Shown here piece after piece: positions 59,316 through 64,000 of a DNA stretch of 64,000 nucleotides. The notes below the pieces were generated by a model that saw only the letters and a program-made list of their open reading frames with translations, did no database searches and was not told where the DNA came from. Source of the stretch: Actinomycetota bacterium (GTDB taxonomy: Bacteria; Actinomycetota; Actinomycetes; S36-B12; UBA10799); assembly GCA_020637055.1 (NCBI GenBank), contig JACJWR010000004.1, forward strand, positions 182,437 through 246,436, given 5' to 3'. Made by a program: the position numbers and the translations under genes. Position 1 is the stretch's first letter. Every line of letters begins with the position of its first letter.

Positions 59316-61028
59316 ATGGATGCCGAGGAGATTGATCGCGGCCGGCAACGTTGGGCCCGCCGGTATGAAGAAGCGCGGACCCGTGGCCGGGTCCGGGATG
59401 CCGACTACACGACCCTCAGCGGGTTGGAAGTGGCGCCGGTCTACGGCCCGCCGGCCGGCACCGCGTATCCCGGCTTCGAGCGCATCGGTTGGCCGGGCGA
59501 GTACCCCTACACCCGCGGTCTGCACGCGACCGGCTACCGCGGCAAGACCTGGACGATCCGGCAGTTCGCCGGATTCGGCAACGCCCGCCAGACCAACGAG
59601 CGCTACCGGATGATCTTGGCCACCGGCGGCGACGGGCTGTCCGTGGCCTTCGACATGCCGACCCTCATGGGTCGGGATTCCGACGATCCGCTGGCCCTCG
59701 GCGAGGTCGGGCACTGCGGCGTCGCGATCGACTCCGCCGCCGACATGGACGTGCTGTTCGACGGAATCCCGCTCGGTGAGACGACGACCTCCATGACCAT
59801 CTCCGGCCCCGCGGTGCCGATCTTCTGCATGTACGTGGTGGCCGCCGAACGGCAAGGGTTCGCGCCCGCCCAACTCGACGGCACCCTGCAGACCGATATC
59901 TACAAGGAATACATCGCGCAGAAGGAGTGGCTGTTCGGCCCGGAGGCGCATCTGCGGCTGATCGGTGACCTGATGGCCTACGTGGATGCCGAGATGCCCA
60001 GGTACAAGCCGCTGAGCGTCTCCGGCTACCACATTCGGGAGGCCGGCGCGACGGCCGCACAGGAGTTGGCCTTCACCCTGGCCGATGGGTTCGCCTACGT
60101 GGAATTGGGGAAGTCCCGCGGATTGGACGTCGACTCGTTCGCCCCCGGACTGTCCTTCTTCTTCGACGCCCACGTCGACTTCTTCGAGGAGATCGCCAAG
60201 TTCCGCGCCGCCCGGCGCATCTGGGCGCGTTGGTTGCGCGACGTCTACGGCGCCACCGACGAACGGGCCATGTGGCTGCGATTCCACACCCAGACCGCCG
60301 GAGTTTCGCTCACCGGTGCCCAACCGTTCAACAACGTCGTCCGCACCGCCATCGAAGCGCTCGCCGGCGTGCTCGGCGGCACCAACTCGCTGCACACCAA
60401 CGCCCTCGATGAGGTCCTCGCCCTACCCACCGAACAAGCCGCCGAGATCGCGCTGCGGACCCAACAGGTGATCATGGCTGAGACCGGGGTGACGAACGTC
60501 GCGGATCCCCTGGGCGGGTCCTGGTACCTCGAGGCGCTGACGGATCGAATCGAGGCCGAAGCCGAGGAGATCTTCGCGAAGATCCTGAAGATGGGTGGCG
60601 GCACCGAAGGTGTCACGCACCCGATCGGGCCGATGACCGCAGGAATCCTGCGCGGCATCGAAGACGGCTGGTTCACCGGTGAGATCGCCGATTCGTCGTT
60701 CGCTTTCCAGCAGGCGATCGAGGATGGCCGCAAGCACCAGGTGGGCGTCACCGTCCAGACCGACACCGTCACCGAGCCGCTGGAGATCCTGCGGATCAGT
60801 CACGAGGTGGAGCGGGCGCAGGTCCAGCAACTCGCCAGCCGGCGGCTGGCGCGGAACGAGGAGGGGGTGCAGTCGGCGCTGATGCGACTGACGCACGCCG
60901 CCGCCTACACCGACGACAACCTGGTGCCGGCCATCCTGGATGCAGCCCGGGCCGAGGCGACGCTGGGCGAGATCTGCGGCGTGCTGCGCGACGTGTGGGG
61001 CGAATACCGCGAACCCGCTCGGATCTGA
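59316..61028 (+). CDS. icmA: B12-dependent acyl-CoA mutase large (catalytic) subunit, isobutyryl-CoA mutase (IcmA)-like, with no cobalamin-binding domain
   Basis: 570 aa from ATG 59316. The mutase TIM barrel has TIRQFAGFG and TDIYKEYIAQKEWLF, i.e. the Phe/Gln variants described for ICM at the positions of Tyr89/Arg207 of P. shermanii MCM. The product ends after the barrel and linker, with no DxHxxG domain. Confidence 0.82.
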   Translation: MDAEEIDRGRQRWARRYEEARTRGRVRDADYTTLSGLEVAPVYGPPAGTAYPGFERIGWPGEYPYTRGLHATGYRGKTWTIRQFAGFGNARQTNERYRMILATGGDGLSVAFDMPTLMGRDSDDPLALGEVGHCGVAIDSAADMDVLFDGIPLGETTTSMTISGPAVPIFCMYVVAAERQGFAPAQLDGTLQTDIYKEYIAQKEWLFGPEAHLRLIGDLMAYVDAEMPRYKPLSVSGYHIREAGATAAQELAFTLADGFAYVELGKSRGLDVDSFAPGLSFFFDAHVDFFEEIAKFRAARRIWARWLRDVYGATDERAMWLRFHTQTAGVSLTGAQPFNNVVRTAIEALAGVLGGTNSLHTNALDEVLALPTEQAAEIALRTQQVIMAETGVTNVADPLGGSWYLEALTDRIEAEAEEIFAKILKMGGGTEGVTHPIGPMTAGILRGIEDGWFTGEIADSSFAFQQAIEDGRKHQVGVTVQTDTVTEPLEILRISHEVERAQVQQLASRRLARNEEGVQSALMRLTHAAAYTDDNLVPAILDAARAEATLGEICGVLRDVWGEYREPARI

Positions 61029-61082
61029 CCCCCGGCCGACCGTCGGCGGCGCGAACTGCCGCGGTGATGCCAGAATGGGCCC

Positions 61083-62042
61083 ATGGCGACACAACCACAA
61101 GGACTGACCAATGCCGCCCTCAGGGGAGCGGTGGATCTCGGGGCGCTCGCACAGGCGCGACAGGCGCAGCAACAAGCAGCCAGTGGGGCCCCTGGTGGCG
61201 CCGGGACCGGTGCCTACGTCAAGAACGTGACGGTCGCGGACTTCGAGGTCGAGGTGATCCAGCAGTCCCTGACCGTGCCGGTGGTGCTCGACCTGTGGGC
61301 CTCGTGGTGCGGACCGTGCAAGCAACTCACCCCGGTGCTCGAGTCCTTAGCTGCCGAATACGACGGGCGCTTCGTGCTCGCCAAGGTCGATGTCGACGCC
61401 GAGCAACAGATCGCCGCCGCCTTCCAGGTGCAGAGCATTCCGAGTGTTTTCGCCGTCGTGAAGGGTCAGCCCATCCCGCTGTTCCAGGGAGCCCTGCCGG
61501 CGCCGCAGGTGCGTCAGTACCTCGACGAGTTGTTGCGGGTCGCGGCCGAGAACGGAGTGACCGGGCGGGCCGTTGCGGATGTGCCCGCAGCGGCGGCGGA
61601 GGAGCCGGCCGAACCGGTCGACGACCCCACCGACGCCTTGTTCGACGCCGCCGGCGAGGCCTTGGTGGCTGGGGACTGGGACGCCGCCACGGCCGCCTAC
61701 CAGCAGGTGCTCGCGGCGAACCCGGGGGATCCGGACGCGCAGGCCGGCCTCACCCTGGTGGCATTGCAGCGACGGATCGACGGGATCGATCCGGTCGCTG
61801 CGGTCGCGGCGGCGGATGCCGACCCCGCCGACGTGCAGGCAGCTGTCGTCGCCGCGGATGTCGAGTTGGTCAACGGCGATCCGGCTGCGGCCTACGCACG
61901 CCTGGTCACAGCGGTGTCGCGGGCATCCGGCGACGACCGCGACGCCGCCCGGGCTCGGCTACTGGAACTGTTCGAACTCGCGCCGCCGGACGATCCCGAG
62001 GTGGCCAAGGCCCGGCGCGCGCTCGCGGCGGCGCTTTTCTAG
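61083..62042 (+). CDS. thioredoxin-domain protein with C-terminal TPR-like domain (YbbN/CnoX-like)
   Basis: 319 aa with the Trx fold and WASWCGPCKQL, followed by an Ala-rich helical repeat region. Confidence 0.85.
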   Translation: MATQPQGLTNAALRGAVDLGALAQARQAQQQAASGAPGGAGTGAYVKNVTVADFEVEVIQQSLTVPVVLDLWASWCGPCKQLTPVLESLAAEYDGRFVLAKVDVDAEQQIAAAFQVQSIPSVFAVVKGQPIPLFQGALPAPQVRQYLDELLRVAAENGVTGRAVADVPAAAAEEPAEPVDDPTDALFDAAGEALVAGDWDAATAAYQQVLAANPGDPDAQAGLTLVALQRRIDGIDPVAAVAAADADPADVQAAVVAADVELVNGDPAAAYARLVTAVSRASGDDRDAARARLLELFELAPPDDPEVAKARRALAAALF

Positions 62043-62043
62043 T

Positions 62044-62781
62044 TCACGCCGGACGGTTCCACGCCTCGCCGAGCACCGTGCGAAGGCGTTCTTCGCGCAG
62101 GGCTTCGACGTCGGGTTCCTCGATCGGCTCCAGCTCGCGCCCGATGCACCACCCGAGCAGCAGGTCGGCCAGGGCGGGGTTGCGGGCGAGGCCGGGGCCG
62201 TGCAGGTAGGTGCCGAGGATGTGGCCGGCCACCGCTCCTTCGGTGCCGTCGCCGTTGCCGACGCCGGCCAGCACCCGCGCCAACGGTTGCACCTCGGCGC
62301 CGAGGTGGGTGGCACCACCGTGGTTCTCGTAGCCGGTCAGTCGTGGCAGTCCGGGGATGAGCGACTCGGCGGCGAGTTCGCCGACCGCCCTTCGCGGCAG
62401 TCGATCCGTGCGGATGTCGATCATGCCGAGCCCGGTCGCCGGTTGGCCGGTGGCATCCGGGAAATATTCGCCGAGCAATTGGTAGCCCGCGCAGATGGCC
62501 AACACCGCGGCGCCGCCGGCGGCGGCCGAGGCGAGGTTGCCATCCGCGGAGATACCGCGGGCGGCCGCGGTCTGGGCCGAATCCTCACCGCCGCCGAGCA
62601 CATAGAGGTCGCCCTGGGCCGGGATCGGTTCCCCGGCGGCCACTTCGATGATCCGGGCCTCCAGTCCATGCAGTGCGGCCCGATGTCGCAGTGCGAGCAC
62701 ATTGCCGGCGTCCCCATAGGTCCCCAGCAGGGCCGGGTAGATGGAGACGATCGTCACCTGTTCGGAGTTTGCCGAAGGCAT
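62044..62781 (-). CDS. gatD: lipid II isoglutaminyl synthase, glutaminase subunit (GatD, CobQ-type GATase)
   Basis: About 245 aa with the nucleophile region LAICAGYQLLG and a C-terminal YLHGP. The ATG 62781 overlaps the murT TGA. Confidence 0.82.
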   Translation of the reverse strand: MPSANSEQVTIVSIYPALLGTYGDAGNVLALRHRAALHGLEARIIEVAAGEPIPAQGDLYVLGGGEDSAQTAAARGISADGNLASAAAGGAAVLAICAGYQLLGEYFPDATGQPATGLGMIDIRTDRLPRRAVGELAAESLIPGLPRLTGYENHGGATHLGAEVQPLARVLAGVGNGDGTEGAVAGHILGTYLHGPGLARNPALADLLLGWCIGRELEPIEEPDVEALREERLRTVLGEAWNRPA

Positions 62782-64000
62782 CACGACACCACCCTGGTTG
62801 CGGCTCGACGCACCTTGCGGCGCCTGGTTTGCGGGTCGGTGCGGGCGTCGGCGCGGGTTCGCAGGCCGTGGAAGGCGGTGTAGGTGGCGGCGCAGTCGAT
62901 CACTTCGAGGTCTCGGGCGCTCGCCGGGAGTTCGACTCCGGGTGCGTACGGGTCTTCGATCACGACGTGATCGACCCCGGCATGCAGCAGACGGACGGCG
63001 AGATCACGCCGCCGGTCGCCGGTGGCGATCACCGTGCGGCCGCGCAGCTTCTCGAAGGGCACATCCCATAGCCAGGACGGATCACGGCCGTCGGCGTCGT
63101 TCGCGTTGATCGTGATGATCACCGGCGCCGGCGCCGGTGGCATGACCGTCAACAGTTCCGACCACGATGCCGGATTCTTGGCCAGCAGCAGGCGCACGTC
63201 CAGGGCGCCGATGGTACGGACCTCGTAGCGCCCGGACACCGCGGTGACCGTGGCCATCCGCTGCACCGAGGTGCGCGCGTCGAGACCGAGTACGTCGGTC
63301 GCGGCAGCCAGCGCGAGGGTGGCGTTCGCGGCGTTGAACCACCCCGGCAAGGCCAGGTCGGAGAGGTCGAAACGCCTCCGGTCGGGGCCGACGGCGGTGA
63401 ACCGGCCGTCGTCGATCTGGAATCGCCAGGCCGGCTCAGGGCGCTGCTGGCCGCAACTCGTGCAACGCCATCCCTCGACGCCGCCGAACCGCAGCAGACC
63501 GCCGCATTCCAGGCAGACGCTGGCATCGGCAGTCCAGTTCTGACCTGCGGAGACCCACAACACGCGGGGAGCCGAACGCGCCGCCCAGGTGACGATGGGG
63601 TCATCGCAGTTGGCCACCACGGTGGTGCGCTCCGGGCACGACTCGAGCATGGTGCGCCACTTCCGGGCGACCATGGCGACTTCGTTCATGCGGTCGAGCT
63701 GGTCGCGCGTGAGGTTGCCGAGCAGCAGCGCCCGCGGGCGGGTGTCCGGCAGGATCAGCGGCAGATAGGCCTCGTCCACCTCGAGCACGGCCTGCCCGCG
63801 GGGGTGGCCGTAGGCCAGCGCCGAGAGCACACCGTCGGTCATGTTCGCGCCGGTCTCCTGGGTCACCACCGGGCCGGTCTGACCCACCGCGGTGGCGAGC
63901 AGTCGGGTGGTGGAGGTCTTGCCGTTGGTGGCCGAGACGAGCGCCGCGACTCGATCGCCCGCCAAGTCGCGCATCGCTCCCGGCGACACCTTCAGGATCA
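62781..64000 (-). CDS. murT: lipid II isoglutaminyl synthase, Mur-ligase-like subunit MurT (5' end outside window)
   Basis: The frame is open to the window edge. It has the Mur ligase P-loop SATNGKTSTT, the Cys4 ribbon typical of MurT (CLECGG...CTSCG) and a C-terminal DUF1727-like region. Confidence 0.85.
   Translation of the reverse strand, partial: ILKVSPGAMRDLAGDRVAALVSATNGKTSTTRLLATAVGQTGPVVTQETGANMTDGVLSALAYGHPRGQAVLEVDEAYLPLILPDTRPRALLLGNLTRDQLDRMNEVAMVARKWRTMLESCPERTTVVANCDDPIVTWAARSAPRVLWVSAGQNWTADASVCLECGGLLRFGGVEGWRCTSCGQQRPEPAWRFQIDDGRFTAVGPDRRRFDLSDLALPGWFNAANATLALAAATDVLGLDARTSVQRMATVTAVSGRYEVRTIGALDVRLLLAKNPASWSELLTVMPPAPAPVIITINANDADGRDPSWLWDVPFEKLRGRTVIATGDRRRDLAVRLLHAGVDHVVIEDPYAPGVELPASARDLEVIDCAATYTAFHGLRTRADARTDPQTRRRKVRRAATRVVS

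Noticed and set aside
59007-60395. 462-aa minus-strand ORF that appears to continue the toxin island into icmA
   Set aside because: It is antisense to the clearly coding icmA. Only its last few codons touch the island, and its stop (59007-59009) merely delimits the upstream end of the MuF-like fragment frame.

Overview
High-GC, actinobacterial-type chromosomal segment that is almost fully coding. The backbone is a conserved core block: argS-lysA-hom-thrC-thrB-rho-rpmE-prfA-prmC-(tsaC)-glyA-wecA-atpI/B/E/F/H/A/G/D/C-(PduO-type adenosyltransferase)-murA ... nucS ... epimerase/thiolase ... thioredoxin-TPR ... gatD-murT. As far as I remember this is the same order as M. tuberculosis Rv1292-Rv1324. 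To the left lie an acyl-CoA dehydrogenase, a TauE permease, a MarR-MFS pair, a small ParB/Srx-like protein, a sugar patch (MFS + GH1 beta-glucosidase, divergent galK-galT), a peroxiredoxin, hydrolases, VanZ, an LCP protein and one tRNA-Arg(CCG). Interleaved with the core block is a dispersed set of ethylmalonyl-CoA / B12 acyl-CoA-mutase genes: hbd, ecm, a tandem-duplicated 3-hydroxyacyl-CoA dehydrogenase, ccr, epimerase, thiolase, meaB and icmA. The only clearly accessory piece is about 3 kb (56341-59315) wedged between meaB and icmA. Read on the minus strand it is a 5'-truncated, frameshifted phage MuF-like head-protein fragment carrying a C-terminal toxin-like domain plus an overlapping small immunity-position ORF. 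This is followed by a second, orphan toxin/immunity module. The two modules share a 39-nt junction repeat (37/39 identical) and a near-identical hairpin terminator. This decayed polymorphic-toxin locus is my best candidate for something unusual, but all functional calls there rest on motif reading without database searches. No rRNA, CRISPR array, transposase or integrase was seen. Many long ORFs in the track are antisense shadow ORFs typical of high-GC DNA and were not called.
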